Shown in pieces: positions 54,322 to 64,000 of a DNA stretch of 64,000 bases. A model generated the notes under the pieces. That model did no database searches. It was not told the DNA's origin and worked only from the letters and a program-made list of their open reading frames with translations. Source of the stretch: Alphaproteobacteria bacterium (lineage in GTDB: Bacteria; Pseudomonadota; Alphaproteobacteria; JAAXGF01); the NCBI GenBank assembly GCA_963555825.3, contig CAUVXB020000001.1, positions 32,001-96,000 of the forward strand, read 5' to 3'. The position numbers and the translations under genes were made by a program. The first letter of the stretch is position 1; each line of letters starts with the position of its first letter.

Positions 54322-54992
54322 CCGTGGCCAAGCGCAATACCGTCCGCCTCGAAATGCCGGTCAGCGACGCGGCGCTCGCCGCGCTCGAGCAGGGTGACGT
54401 CGTCTTTCTGGACGGGCTGATCTACACCGCGCGCGAGGGGGTCTATCGCCGCGTGCTCGAGGAAGGGATCGACCTGCCGGTCGATGTCGCAAAGATTTCC
54501 AACGTCAACTTCCATTGCTCGCCGGCCGCCAGCGTGCGCGACGACGGTTCCTACAACGTCGGCGCGGTGACCGCGACGGCGAGCTTCCGTTTCGCCAAGT
54601 GGCTGCCGGCGTGGTTCGCGCTGACCGGCGCCAAGGTCATTATCGGCAAGGGCGGCATGTCGGAAGAGACCTACCGCGAGCAGTTCGTGCCGCGCGGCGC
54701 GCGCTATTTGACGACCGTCGGCTACGGCACCGGCGCGCTGCTCGGCCGTGGCATCAAGCGCACGGTAGGCGCCCACTGGATCGCCGAGCTGGGCAACGCC
54801 CAGGCGCTGTGGATCTTCGAGGTCGAGAACTTCGGGCCCTTCATCGTCGACAGCGCGGCCGACGGCTCGAGCCTGTTCGAGCGCTCGAACCGCCAACTGA
54901 ATGCGCGCATCGACAAGCTTTACGAAGGTCTCAAGCCGGCCGCGCTCGGCCGCTACGGCGAAACCACCTCGCGCGAAGACGAAGTCATCTGA
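54318..54992 (+). CDS. Fe-S hydro-lyase beta subunit
   Basis: GDVVFLDGLIYTARE, IIGKGGM, FEVENFGPFIV. Confidence 0.9.
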   Translation: MTVAKRNTVRLEMPVSDAALAALEQGDVVFLDGLIYTAREGVYRRVLEEGIDLPVDVAKISNVNFHCSPAASVRDDGSYNVGAVTATASFRFAKWLPAWFALTGAKVIIGKGGMSEETYREQFVPRGARYLTTVGYGTGALLGRGIKRTVGAHWIAELGNAQALWIFEVENFGPFIVDSAADGSSLFERSNRQLNARIDKLYEGLKPAALGRYGETTSREDEVI

Positions 54993-55039
54993 TCGAACCA
55001 GGCGCGCGCCACCAACGCTTGTTTCCAACAACGCGAGAA

Positions 55040-55102
55040 AAAGGTGGCAGACACCATTATTATTAATTGATAAATCGACATATAATGGTGTCTGCCACCT
55101 TT
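55040..55102. repeat. Perfect 21-bp inverted repeat (REPIN-like / bidirectional terminator)
   Basis: AAAGGTGGCAGACACCATTAT-N21-ATAATGGTGTCTGCCACCTTT between convergent genes. Confidence 0.85.
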
Positions 55103-55172
55103 AGCCGAGCCCTTTCGTCATGACTAGGCTGAAGTCGCGATGTTTGTCGGATGGCTTTGGGCGGATCGGCTA

Positions 55173-55853
55173 TTACTGGTGGCCGCCGCCGCCCTCGTCG
55201 GTCGGCAGACCGACCTCGATGGTCGGCGGACCGCCCGCGTTGTCGGCGAGCCCGATGTCGAAGGCCGGCGCGTCGACGCCCTCGGTGACCTTGCCGGTCG
55301 GGTCGACGCTGACGCCCATGGCGATGCCGAGGCCGGCCGACTGGCCGCCGCGTAGCGCGGTGACGACGCTGCTGCCGCGGAACATGTACACCGTCGTCGT
55401 GCCGTCGGCGCCGACACGGACGACGAGGTCGGTGCCGCGAATGCCGATCAGCGCGACGGGCGTGCGCAGTTGGATACTTCGCTTGTCGAGCTTGCCGGTG
55501 ATGAAGCGGAACACGCCCTCGCCCAGGTCGAGCACCATCTCGCCGGCGCGGGTGTCGGGGTCGTAGACGAAGCGGTCGAGCGTGACCTGGCTGGACGAGC
55601 CGAGGCGAAGCCGGGTCTCGTCGAGGAACTGGAGATGCAGGGCGCCGTCCTTGATGGTTTCGACCAGTTCGTCGGTCACCACGGCGTCGGTCCGGTAGAG
55701 CATCTCCTTGGCGCCCTCGGGCGCCGTGCCCCAGGCCCGCACCCTGATCCGCTCGACATTGCCGATCTCGCCGGCGGCCATGGCAACCGGCACACCGATT
55801 GTCAATAAAATTGCCGCCCAGGCCAAGCTGGCGGCCAACGATTTACCCATCAT
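55173..55853 (-). CDS. Secreted FecR-domain protein
   Basis: Signal peptide; FLDETRLRLGSSSQVTLDRFVYDP, TPVALIGIRGT. Confidence 0.85.
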   Translation of the reverse strand: MMGKSLAASLAWAAILLTIGVPVAMAAGEIGNVERIRVRAWGTAPEGAKEMLYRTDAVVTDELVETIKDGALHLQFLDETRLRLGSSSQVTLDRFVYDPDTRAGEMVLDLGEGVFRFITGKLDKRSIQLRTPVALIGIRGTDLVVRVGADGTTTVYMFRGSSVVTALRGGQSAGLGIAMGVSVDPTGKVTEGVDAPAFDIGLADNAGGPPTIEVGLPTDEGGGGHQ

Positions 55854-56094
55854 CCCAACACCCTCCGGCCCTCGAGCCCACGTCACACAAGCGGTCGGCA
55901 CCCACACCGGCCGGCCGCCCGATGACGACCATACACAGAAAGCCGCCATCTGTCGATCAATTCACCGCAGGAACCCGGCGTAAGCCCCCGATTCGGCGCA
56001 ATATTCCGATGCCGACCGTCGATCCGAGCCGCGACAGACGGCCGCAACTGGTCTATCGTCGCACCGAGGACATATCCTGGGAGGAGAGGCGAGG

Positions 56095-56835
56095 ATGGAC
56101 GCGCGGCTGACCGACTACAAGGTTCTGACCTTCGACTGTTATGGCACTCTGATCGACTGGGAATCGGGTATCTGGGACGCGCTCCAGCCATTGCTGATGG
56201 CCAACGACTGCGACGCGATCATGCGCAACCAGGGCCTCGAGGCCTTCGGCAAAATCGAGAACGCCCAGGAGTCGGAAACGCCTGACATGCTCTATCCCGT
56301 CGTGCTGGCGCGGGTTCACGCGAGCTTTTCCGCGCGGTTCAACTTGCGCGTGACCGACGAACTCACCGCCGCGTTCAGCGCCTCGGTGCCCCATTGGCCG
56401 GCCTTCCCCGATACCGCAGACGCGTTGCGCGCACTCAAGCGGCACTTCAAGCTGGTCATCCTGTCGAACGTCGACCGCGATGGCTTCGCCGCGTCGAACC
56501 GCAAGCTGGGCGTCGCCTTCGACGCTATCTACACGGCCGAGGACGTCGGCTCGTACAAGCCGACGCCGCGCAATTTCGAATACATGTTGGAACGCTTGAG
56601 CGCCGATCTCGGGCTCGATGCGGGCGACGTGCTGCACACCGCGCAGAGCCTGTTCCACGATCATGTTCCGGCGCGCGCCTTCGGCCTCGCCAACGCCTGG
56701 ATCGACCGGCAGGGACTCGACCAGGGCGGCAACTGGGGCGCGACGGCGCCGGTCGCCGAGCGGCCCGAGGTCGACTTCCTGTTTCCCACCATGGCCGCGA
56801 TGGCCGAGGCGACGCGCGCCGAGGCGAGCGGCTAG
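56095..56835 (+). CDS. HAD-family hydrolase (haloacid dehalogenase type II-like)
   Basis: FDCYGTLIDW, ILSNVD, SYKP, QSLFHD. Confidence 0.92.
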   Translation: MDARLTDYKVLTFDCYGTLIDWESGIWDALQPLLMANDCDAIMRNQGLEAFGKIENAQESETPDMLYPVVLARVHASFSARFNLRVTDELTAAFSASVPHWPAFPDTADALRALKRHFKLVILSNVDRDGFAASNRKLGVAFDAIYTAEDVGSYKPTPRNFEYMLERLSADLGLDAGDVLHTAQSLFHDHVPARAFGLANAWIDRQGLDQGGNWGATAPVAERPEVDFLFPTMAAMAEATRAEASG

Positions 56836-58871
56836 ACGACGAGGCGTTCGCGGCGCGGCGTATCGCCGGCGCCGAATGCGCGCGCGTATTTGTGGCCGGC
56901 ATAAACCGCGGCGGCGATCGACGACGGCGCGGCGCAGTCGCCGATGCGTTCGAGCGTCTTGACGCCCGCTGCCTCCAAACGTGCCGGATCGGCGGCGAGC
57001 GCGCTGTACAGCCCTTCGCTCGGCTCGCGCGAGGTGACCACCACCAGCGTATCCGCGGTGATCGTCGAGGGGCGCTCAGAGAACGCGCAGGAAAGGGTAC
57101 AGGACGCGCCGTCGAAGCCGGTGACCAGCTGCGAGACGACGATCTCGACCTCGAGTTCGATCATGCGCGCCTGGATGCGCGGCTGGTCGAGCGTGTACTC
57201 GCAGTGCGGCGAGACGACGCCGGCGCTGGTCACCAGCGTCACCGAGCGGCCCACGGCACGCAGCTTTTCGGCGATCACCGGCGCGATGTAGAAGTTGTCG
57301 TCGTCGTAGACCACGACGTGGCCCTCGGCCGCCGCGCCCGCCATGACGTCGCTGGGCGACAATACGCGCTCGTGTTCCCAGCCCTCGATCGGCGTGAAGC
57401 TCGATCGGCCGATGCCGTTCCTGCGCCACGCCGCGCCGGTCGCGATGCAGACGTGCGGGAAGCCGAACTCGAGCACCTGCTCGGCCGAGAGTTCGCTGTC
57501 GCGGTAGATTTCGACGTTGGGCATCTTGCCGATCTGATAGACGCGGTAGTCGCGCACCCGGCCCCATTCGCCCAAGCCCGGCAGCTTGCTCTCGGCGTCG
57601 ACGCGGCCACCGAGCTCGGTGGTCGCCTCGGCCAAGGTGACCGAAACGCCGCGTTCGCCCAGGGCGCGCGCTGCCTCGAGCCCGGCGGGCCCGGCGCCGA
57701 CGATCAGGACGCCGTCGTCCGACGTCTTGGGCGGGATGATCTCGGGGTGCCAGCCGCGCCGCCACTCCTCGCCCATGGTCGGGTTCTGCGTGCAGCGGAT
57801 CGGCACGCCCAAGCCGTCGCCGACGATGCACATGTTGCAGCCGATGCATTCGCGGATGTCGTCCGCGCGGCCCTCCTCGATCTTCCGGGGTAGGAACGGA
57901 TCGGCGATCGACGGGCGCGCCGCGCCGATCAAGTCGAGGACGCCGCGTTTGATCTGGCCGACCATGGTGTCGGGCGAGGTGAAGCGTCCGACGCCGACGA
58001 CCGGCTTGGTGGTCACCTGCTTGACGAAGGAGATGAAGGATTCCTGCGCCGCCTCGGGCGCGAAGCGCGAGGTCCGCGCGTCGGCCGCAAAATGCGCGAT
58101 GTTGACGTCCCACAGGTCGGGCAGTTCGGCGAGCATCTCGACGATCTCGCGGCCCTCGCCGTCGAAACGGATACCGAGGTCGGCGTCGAGGCCGTCGACG
58201 GCGAAGCGGATGACCACGCCGCAGCGGTCGCCGACCGCGTCCTTGGTCTCCTCCAAAAGCTCGCGTGTCAGACGCACGCGGTTCTCGAGCGAGCCGCCGT
58301 ATTCGTCGGTGCGCTGGTTCTGCACCGGCGAGAGGAACTGGTGCGGCAAGTAGCCGTGCGCCGCATAGACGTAAACCAGGTCGAAGTCGGCCTGCTTGGC
58401 GCGGATCGCCGCGTCGCGGTGCCAGCGGCGCAGTTCGCGGATGTCGGTCTTGTCCATCGCCCGGGTCTGGCCCGACCTGTGCCAGGTCGGCATGCTGGTC
58501 GCGGCGACGCCGGCCTCGCGCGTCAGGTCGTTGGACGACGAGAAGCCGCCGTACCACAGTTCGCAGTCGGCGAGCGCGCAGTGGCGATGCACCGCCTCGG
58601 TCATCGCCGCGTGGTTCTTGACGTCGTCGTCGTCCCACAGGGTGCAGTAAGGGGCGGGCGCATCGTCCGACGACGGGTGGATCGAGCAATACTCGGTACA
58701 CACGACGCCCCAGCCGCCCTCGGCCTTGACCTCGCGTATGCGGTTGAGCGTCGCGGGCATGTCCGATCCCATGCCCGAGCAGTGCGGCACCTGATAGAAT
58801 CGGTTGGGCGCCGTCACCGGGCCGATCTTGACCGGTTCGAAGAGAATGTCGTAACGCGGATCGCGGGCCAT
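56832..58871 (-). CDS. Trimethylamine/dimethylamine/histamine dehydrogenase family flavoprotein
   Basis: MARDPRYDILFEP..NRFYQVPHC (FMN-linked Cys), YAAHGY, CIGCNMC..C Fe-S motif, GAGPAG. Confidence 0.88.
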   Translation of the reverse strand: MARDPRYDILFEPVKIGPVTAPNRFYQVPHCSGMGSDMPATLNRIREVKAEGGWGVVCTEYCSIHPSSDDAPAPYCTLWDDDDVKNHAAMTEAVHRHCALADCELWYGGFSSSNDLTREAGVAATSMPTWHRSGQTRAMDKTDIRELRRWHRDAAIRAKQADFDLVYVYAAHGYLPHQFLSPVQNQRTDEYGGSLENRVRLTRELLEETKDAVGDRCGVVIRFAVDGLDADLGIRFDGEGREIVEMLAELPDLWDVNIAHFAADARTSRFAPEAAQESFISFVKQVTTKPVVGVGRFTSPDTMVGQIKRGVLDLIGAARPSIADPFLPRKIEEGRADDIRECIGCNMCIVGDGLGVPIRCTQNPTMGEEWRRGWHPEIIPPKTSDDGVLIVGAGPAGLEAARALGERGVSVTLAEATTELGGRVDAESKLPGLGEWGRVRDYRVYQIGKMPNVEIYRDSELSAEQVLEFGFPHVCIATGAAWRRNGIGRSSFTPIEGWEHERVLSPSDVMAGAAAEGHVVVYDDDNFYIAPVIAEKLRAVGRSVTLVTSAGVVSPHCEYTLDQPRIQARMIELEVEIVVSQLVTGFDGASCTLSCAFSERPSTITADTLVVVTSREPSEGLYSALAADPARLEAAGVKTLERIGDCAAPSSIAAAVYAGHKYARAFGAGDTPRRERLVV

Positions 58872-59018
58872 GGCCGTCCCCCTAAGCATGTCGTGTCGTT
58901 CTCGTCGCTCAGCCTGCCACGGCGGAAGGGCCGCGCGCATCAGAAGATTTGCCACAAGGATGGACGGGCCTGGGCTTGCCGCTTATAGCTGGACGATGCT
59001 CGGCACCCTCGCACGGAC

Positions 59019-61118
59019 GTGTCCATGGCGCACGAACTCGACTGTCTCCTCGATCCATCCTGCGTCGCCATCGTCGGCGCGTCCGAAGACCTCGGCAAGT
59101 TTGGCGGCCGTGCGTTCGCCAACCTGATCGAGGGCGGCTATCAGGGTCGGATCGTGCCGATCAACCGGGCGCGCGAGACCTTGCGTGGGTTCGCCTGCTT
59201 CGCCGCGATCGGCGACGTGCCCGAACCGATCGACGTCGCCGTGCTGGCCGTGCCCTCGGCCTATGTCGACGGCGTCGTCGCCGAATGTGCGGCGGCCGGG
59301 GTCAAGGCGTGCATCGTCGTCTCGTCGGGCTTCGCCGAGCTGGGCGCCGACGGCGCGGCGCGCCAGGACGCCCTGGCCGCGACGGCGCGCGCCGCGGGCA
59401 TGGCATTGTTGGGCCCCAACTGCCTGGGCCTTGCCGTGCCGCGCCGAGCGCTCGCGCTCTCGCCGACTGTCGTCTTCACCCTGGGCGGGGATTTAAGCGA
59501 CGGCGGCATCGCGCTGGTCAGCCAGTCGGGCGCGCTGATGACCCAGATGTACGCCGTGGCGCTCGATGGCGGCGCTGGGTTCAGCGGCTGTGTCTCGGTC
59601 GGCAATCAGGCGGATCTGGAGCTCACCGACTTCGTTGAGTATTTCATCGACGATCCGGCGACGCGTGTCATCGCCTGCTATGTCGAGGGGCTGATCGCGC
59701 CAGGGCGCTTCGTCGCGGCGCTGGCGCGCGCCCGCGCCGCCGGCAAGCCGATGCTCGTCACCAAGGTCGGGCGCACCGAGGCCGGCGCCGACGTCGCCCG
59801 CTCGCACACCGCGTCCATCGCCGGCGCGTTCGCCGCCTTCGAGGCGGTCTGTCGGCGTCATGGCGCGACCCTGTTCGACCAGGCCGAGGACATGATCCGC
59901 GCCGCCGACGTGCTCGATCGTTGCGGCCGGGCGCCCGGCACGCGCTATGCGGTGATCTCGGGCTCGGGCGGCGGCGCGGCGCTGGCCACCGACAACCTCG
60001 CCCAGACGCCCTTCGAGGCGGCGCGCCTGTCGAATGCGTCGCTCGCGGCGCTTGCCGACGCCTACGCCGAACCGCAGCGCAAGCTGCCGCTCGACCTCGG
60101 CGCCCATCTCGCCGGCTATGGACCCGACCGCTCCGTGCAGGTCGCCGAGACGGTGATGAGCGACCCGGGCGTCGATTGCGGCATCCTCGTCGCGACGCCG
60201 CAGCCGTTCATCCCCGAAACAATCGACGCCTTCGTCACCGCGAGCCGGAACAACGACAAGCCGACACTGGTGATCGCCCAGGCCGGCCTGGTGCGCGACG
60301 AGATGGCGCAAGTCCTGGCGCGCCACGACTATCCCGTGCTGCCCAGCCTGGGCGCCGCGATCGGTTGTCTGGCAACTTTCGCGCCGGCCGAAGACATCGG
60401 CGGCGAAACGCCCGACACCATCGACCTTCCCGGCGAGCTCACCGCATCGGGGCGTCTCACCGAGACGCAATCGAAGGCGTTGCTCAACGCCGCCGGCGTG
60501 CCGACGACGAACGACGTCTTCGCGGCCACCAAGGACGACGCGGTCGCGGCGGCCGACCGGCTCGGCTATCCCGTCGTCTTGAAGGCGGTGTGCCCGACGC
60601 TGGTGCACAAGAGCGACGTCGGCGGTGTGCGCGCCGGGCTCGCCGACGCGGCGGCGGTCGCGGCGGCGTGGGATGCGATCGCCGAGGGGTTGGCGTGCCA
60701 CGGATACGATGACGTCGAGGGCTGCATCGTTGCGGAGATGGTCGCCGGCGTCGCCGAGCTGATCGTCGGCGCACGCTGCGACCCCGACTTCGGACCGATG
60801 ATCGTGATCGGCTTCGGTGGTACGTGGGTCGAAGTCGTCGAGGACGTCCAGGTCGCCATGGCGCCGATTTCGGCACGCCAGGCCGAGGCCATGATGCGAC
60901 GGCTCAAACTCTGGCCGTTGCTCGACGGCGCGCGCGGCCAACCGGCCGCCGACGTCGCCGCGGCCGCCGAGGCGGCGAGCCGAGTGAGCCATTTGGCCGC
61001 GGCCTTGGGCCGGCGTCTCGTGGAACTGGACGTAAACCCGTTGATCGTCGGCGTGGCGGGTAGCGGCGCCGTCGCCGTCGACGCCCGCGCGACACTGCAG
61101 GAGGAGGGCCATGGCTGA
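59019..61118 (+). CDS. ADP-forming acyl-CoA synthetase family protein
   Basis: LGPNCLG, SQSGA, SHTASIAG, HKSDVGGV, ELDVNP. Confidence 0.92.
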   Translation: MSMAHELDCLLDPSCVAIVGASEDLGKFGGRAFANLIEGGYQGRIVPINRARETLRGFACFAAIGDVPEPIDVAVLAVPSAYVDGVVAECAAAGVKACIVVSSGFAELGADGAARQDALAATARAAGMALLGPNCLGLAVPRRALALSPTVVFTLGGDLSDGGIALVSQSGALMTQMYAVALDGGAGFSGCVSVGNQADLELTDFVEYFIDDPATRVIACYVEGLIAPGRFVAALARARAAGKPMLVTKVGRTEAGADVARSHTASIAGAFAAFEAVCRRHGATLFDQAEDMIRAADVLDRCGRAPGTRYAVISGSGGGAALATDNLAQTPFEAARLSNASLAALADAYAEPQRKLPLDLGAHLAGYGPDRSVQVAETVMSDPGVDCGILVATPQPFIPETIDAFVTASRNNDKPTLVIAQAGLVRDEMAQVLARHDYPVLPSLGAAIGCLATFAPAEDIGGETPDTIDLPGELTASGRLTETQSKALLNAAGVPTTNDVFAATKDDAVAAADRLGYPVVLKAVCPTLVHKSDVGGVRAGLADAAAVAAAWDAIAEGLACHGYDDVEGCIVAEMVAGVAELIVGARCDPDFGPMIVIGFGGTWVEVVEDVQVAMAPISARQAEAMMRRLKLWPLLDGARGQPAADVAAAAEAASRVSHLAAALGRRLVELDVNPLIVGVAGSGAVAVDARATLQEEGHG

Positions 61119-61851
61119 GCCAGCCGTCAGCTACACCGTCGAGGACGACATCGCGGTGATCGTCCTCGAACGGGCGGATTCGCGCAACGCAATCAACATC
61201 GACATCCTCGAGGGACTGGAGGCGGCCTGGCAGCGCTTCAACGAAGCGGACGAGCGCGTCGCCGTGCTGGCCGCCCGCGGCGAGCATTTCTCGGTCGGCC
61301 TCGACCTCAAGGCCCCGCCGCCGGATATGTGGCGCTGCGTTCCGGGCGTCGGCGTCGACGTCGCCAAGCCGATCGTCGCGGCGGTCAGCGGCTGGTGCGT
61401 CGGCGGCGGGCTGATCCTGATTCAGATGAGCGACCTCTGCGTCGCCGCCGAGAACACGAGGTTTCTTTACCCCGAGGCCAAAGTCGGCGTGACCGGCGGG
61501 CTGATCGCCGGGCTGGCGGCGCGCGTCCCGGTCAAGATCGCCATGGAGCTGATGCTGCTCGGCGAGCCGGTCGACGCCGAGCGCGCCTATAGCGTGGGCC
61601 TGATCAACCGCGTCGTGCCCGACGGCGAGCATATCGCGGCGGCCAAGGCGATGGCCCACACCATCGCCGGCTATGCGCCGCTGGTGACCGCGGCGCTCAA
61701 GCAGCTGGTCGGCGACATGGTTCCGGTCAGCGCGACCGAGACGGCCTACCGCACCAAGAAGACGCTGGACGCGATCATGACCAGCGACGATCTGGCCGAA
61801 GGCGTCGCCGCCTTCAAGGAAAAACGCCCGCCCAAATTCAAGGGAAGCTGA
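61111..61851 (+). CDS. Enoyl-CoA hydratase/isomerase family protein
   Basis: FSVGLDL, KPIVAAVSGWCVGGG, PEAKVG, AFKEKRPPKFKG. Confidence 0.92.
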   Translation: MAEPAVSYTVEDDIAVIVLERADSRNAINIDILEGLEAAWQRFNEADERVAVLAARGEHFSVGLDLKAPPPDMWRCVPGVGVDVAKPIVAAVSGWCVGGGLILIQMSDLCVAAENTRFLYPEAKVGVTGGLIAGLAARVPVKIAMELMLLGEPVDAERAYSVGLINRVVPDGEHIAAAKAMAHTIAGYAPLVTAALKQLVGDMVPVSATETAYRTKKTLDAIMTSDDLAEGVAAFKEKRPPKFKGS

Positions 61852-61875
61852 GCGGCTCGCGGCCGGGCAGGAGTG

Positions 61876-62523
61876 TCAACCGGCGCCGATGCCAGGACCG
61901 AAATGAGCCTCGTGGACCGGTTTGATCTTCGGCCGTTCCATGACCGTTTCGGCCAGCCGGTAAATCTTCGGCCAGTCGCGCCGCATGGCGTCGTAGTCGC
62001 CCCACCATTGGGTGATCATCCAGACGTAGATGTCGAGGGTGCCGAATCGGTCGCCGAGGTAGTAGGGCCCGTCGCCCAACGCGGCCTCGAAGATGCCGTA
62101 GTGGCGGCTGAGATACGCCGTCGCCGCTTCGACGATACCGGCCGCACCCGACGGATCGGTGGTGTAGAACGCCCGCCGCATGCGGAGATATTCCGGTCCC
62201 CAGATGTTCGTGACGAAGAACAAAAGCCAGCGATTGACCTGTGCGCGTTCGACCGATCCAAAGGGTGCCGCGAGGCCGGCATCAGGATGCGCGTCGGCGA
62301 GATGCATCAGGATTGCGATGTTCTCGGTCAGCACTGACCCGTCGGCAGGTTCCAGGACCGGCACCTGCTGACACGGGTTAAGGCGGGTGAACTCTTCGCT
62401 GCGCTGGGCGCCGGCCGCGAGATCGATGTCGACGATTTCGACCGGCGCCTCGATCTCGGCCAGTGCCGCGCGGACGGAAACGCCTCCTGTCCCTTGTCCG
62501 TCGTACAAGCGGTACATGGTCAT
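61876..62523 (-). CDS. Glutathione S-transferase family protein
   Basis: LNPCQQVPVL..LTENIAIL, YYLGDRFGTLDIY; GGAGGA RBS. Confidence 0.9.
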   Translation of the reverse strand: MTMYRLYDGQGTGGVSVRAALAEIEAPVEIVDIDLAAGAQRSEEFTRLNPCQQVPVLEPADGSVLTENIAILMHLADAHPDAGLAAPFGSVERAQVNRWLLFFVTNIWGPEYLRMRRAFYTTDPSGAAGIVEAATAYLSRHYGIFEAALGDGPYYLGDRFGTLDIYVWMITQWWGDYDAMRRDWPKIYRLAETVMERPKIKPVHEAHFGPGIGAG

Positions 62524-62623
62524 CCTCCGAGTTTGCGAATGCGTTGTCACTATAGGCGCGGCTGCGGACGATCGGCAGTCAGCATCGCTTTCCGTATTAA
62601 AAGATTTTCTTTATACTGGGGCG

Positions 62624-63571
62624 ATGCCACGACGGCTCAAATTCCTCAACGCCCTGCACGCGTTCGAAGCTGCCGCGCGCTTGGGAACCTTTACCCGGGT
62701 GGCGCAGGAGCTCGGCGTCACGCCGGCCGCGGTGGGGCAACAGGTTCGCATCCTCGAGGGCTATCTGGGCTGCAAGCTTTTCAAGCGAACAAACCAGGGC
62801 TTGCAGGCGACGGCGAACGCGTCGCTCGCCCTCGCGGACTTGCACAGCGGATTCGATCGGTTGGAGGCGGGCTTCGGTCGATTGGTCGGTCAGGCCGGCG
62901 ACAACCGGCTTTCCGTGAGCGTCGCGCCGGCACTCGCCTGGCGGTGGCTGACACCGCGAATTCAACGGTTGTACCAGCGATGTCCGAACATCGACTTACG
63001 CATGGACGCGTCGTTGCGCCTGGTCGATGTCGCGGGTGGCGAGTTCGATATTGCGGTTCGATACGGCGAGGAAGAACCGGGCGGTTTGGTCAGTCCCGTT
63101 CTGTTCGAAGAACACCAGCTCCCGGTTTGCGCGCCGGGCCTCTGGCAAGACGGCGGATGTTCGACGCGCGAAGACCGATTGCTGAACCTGCCTTTGATCC
63201 ATGTCGAAAGCGAGACGAGCGATACGAGCGTCTCGACCTGGCGAGACTGGGCCGCGCCCCGGCTTTACGCGGAAGACGACCGGTTCGACCGGGGACCGCG
63301 ATACCCGAGTTCGGCCATGGCGCTTCAGGCCGCCCTAGACGGTCAGGGCGTCACGATCAATGGCCTGGTCCTCGTCATCGATGATCTCGTCGAGGGCAGA
63401 CTCGTCGCGCCGCTCGGGCCTGGCAGCGCAGTGAAGCAGCGATTTGCCTACCGTCTCGTCTATGCGCCGCTTCGACATCCGACGGCGATTCGGACGACGT
63501 TTCTGCAATGGGTCAACGCGGAAGCGGTCAAAACGAAGAGTCTCATGGCAGATTTCCTATCTGCCGGTTGA
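62624..63571 (+). CDS. LysR regulator (GcvA-like)
   Basis: LNALHAFEAAARLGTFTRVAQELGVTPAAV; divergent from the GST gene. Confidence 0.92.
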   Translation: MPRRLKFLNALHAFEAAARLGTFTRVAQELGVTPAAVGQQVRILEGYLGCKLFKRTNQGLQATANASLALADLHSGFDRLEAGFGRLVGQAGDNRLSVSVAPALAWRWLTPRIQRLYQRCPNIDLRMDASLRLVDVAGGEFDIAVRYGEEEPGGLVSPVLFEEHQLPVCAPGLWQDGGCSTREDRLLNLPLIHVESETSDTSVSTWRDWAAPRLYAEDDRFDRGPRYPSSAMALQAALDGQGVTINGLVLVIDDLVEGRLVAPLGPGSAVKQRFAYRLVYAPLRHPTAIRTTFLQWVNAEAVKTKSLMADFLSAG

Positions 63572-63669
63572 CCGCGAGTCCAAAGAGCATAGCATTCGAT
63601 GGACGATCGAGGCGTCGGCGCTTATAGCTGAGCAAAACTCGGCAATCCACGACACTTCGGATGGCTCTC

Positions 63670-64000
63670 ATGGCGGAACGCTACGACGCGATCATCATCG
63701 GCGCGGGGATCATCGGCGCGGCGACGGCGCTGGCGCTCGGGCGCAAGGGCTGGCGAACGCTCAATGTCGACAAGCTGCCGGCCGCCGGCTATGGCTCGAC
63801 CTCGGGCTCCTGCGCGATCATCCGGCCGTATTACTCGACGGTCGACGGCTCGGCGCTGGCCTACGAGAGCCATTTCTACTGGAAGGACTGGGAAGCTTTT
63901 CTCGGCGCGCCGGACGAACGCGGGCTGGCGCGCTATGTCAACTGCGGCTGCCTGGTCATGAAGACGCCGCAGAACGACTATCTGCGCAAGACCTGCGCGA
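63670..64000 (+). CDS. FAD-dependent oxidoreductase (DAO/sarcosine oxidase-like), partial
   Basis: MAERYDAIIIGAGIIG..GYGSTSGSCAIIR; runs off the window. Confidence 0.85.
   Translation, partial: MAERYDAIIIGAGIIGAATALALGRKGWRTLNVDKLPAAGYGSTSGSCAIIRPYYSTVDGSALAYESHFYWKDWEAFLGAPDERGLARYVNCGCLVMKTPQNDYLRKTCA

Overview
GC-rich alphaproteobacterial chromosomal window. A core block (uvrA, ssb, gyrA, coaD, queA, tgt, tRNA-Lys) and catabolic genes (agmatinase, betA, lhgO, an SDH/FRD-like plus class I hydro-lyase operon, a TMADH-like flavoprotein, acyl-CoA genes) are interleaved with two IS-rich accessory regions (about 1-7 kb and 20-48.5 kb; IS630, IS1182, IS481/IS3-like, IS256, IS21, IS3, IS1380). 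There are four main leads. (1) An IS-split gene reassembles into a 381-aa close look-alike of the plant NARROW LEAF1 serine protease, followed by a ~1000-aa lipoprotein gene. (2) A ~535-bp non-coding element with nested inverted repeats occurs twice, each time at a stop/start junction between co-oriented genes, in the sense orientation and with a compensatory base change. (3) A 16.5-kb cargo block is bounded by the two ends of one IS1380, with matching TCAA flanks. (4) An uncharacterised TfrA-like dehydrogenase/hydratase operon is present. All family calls come from reading motifs by eye; no database searches were run.
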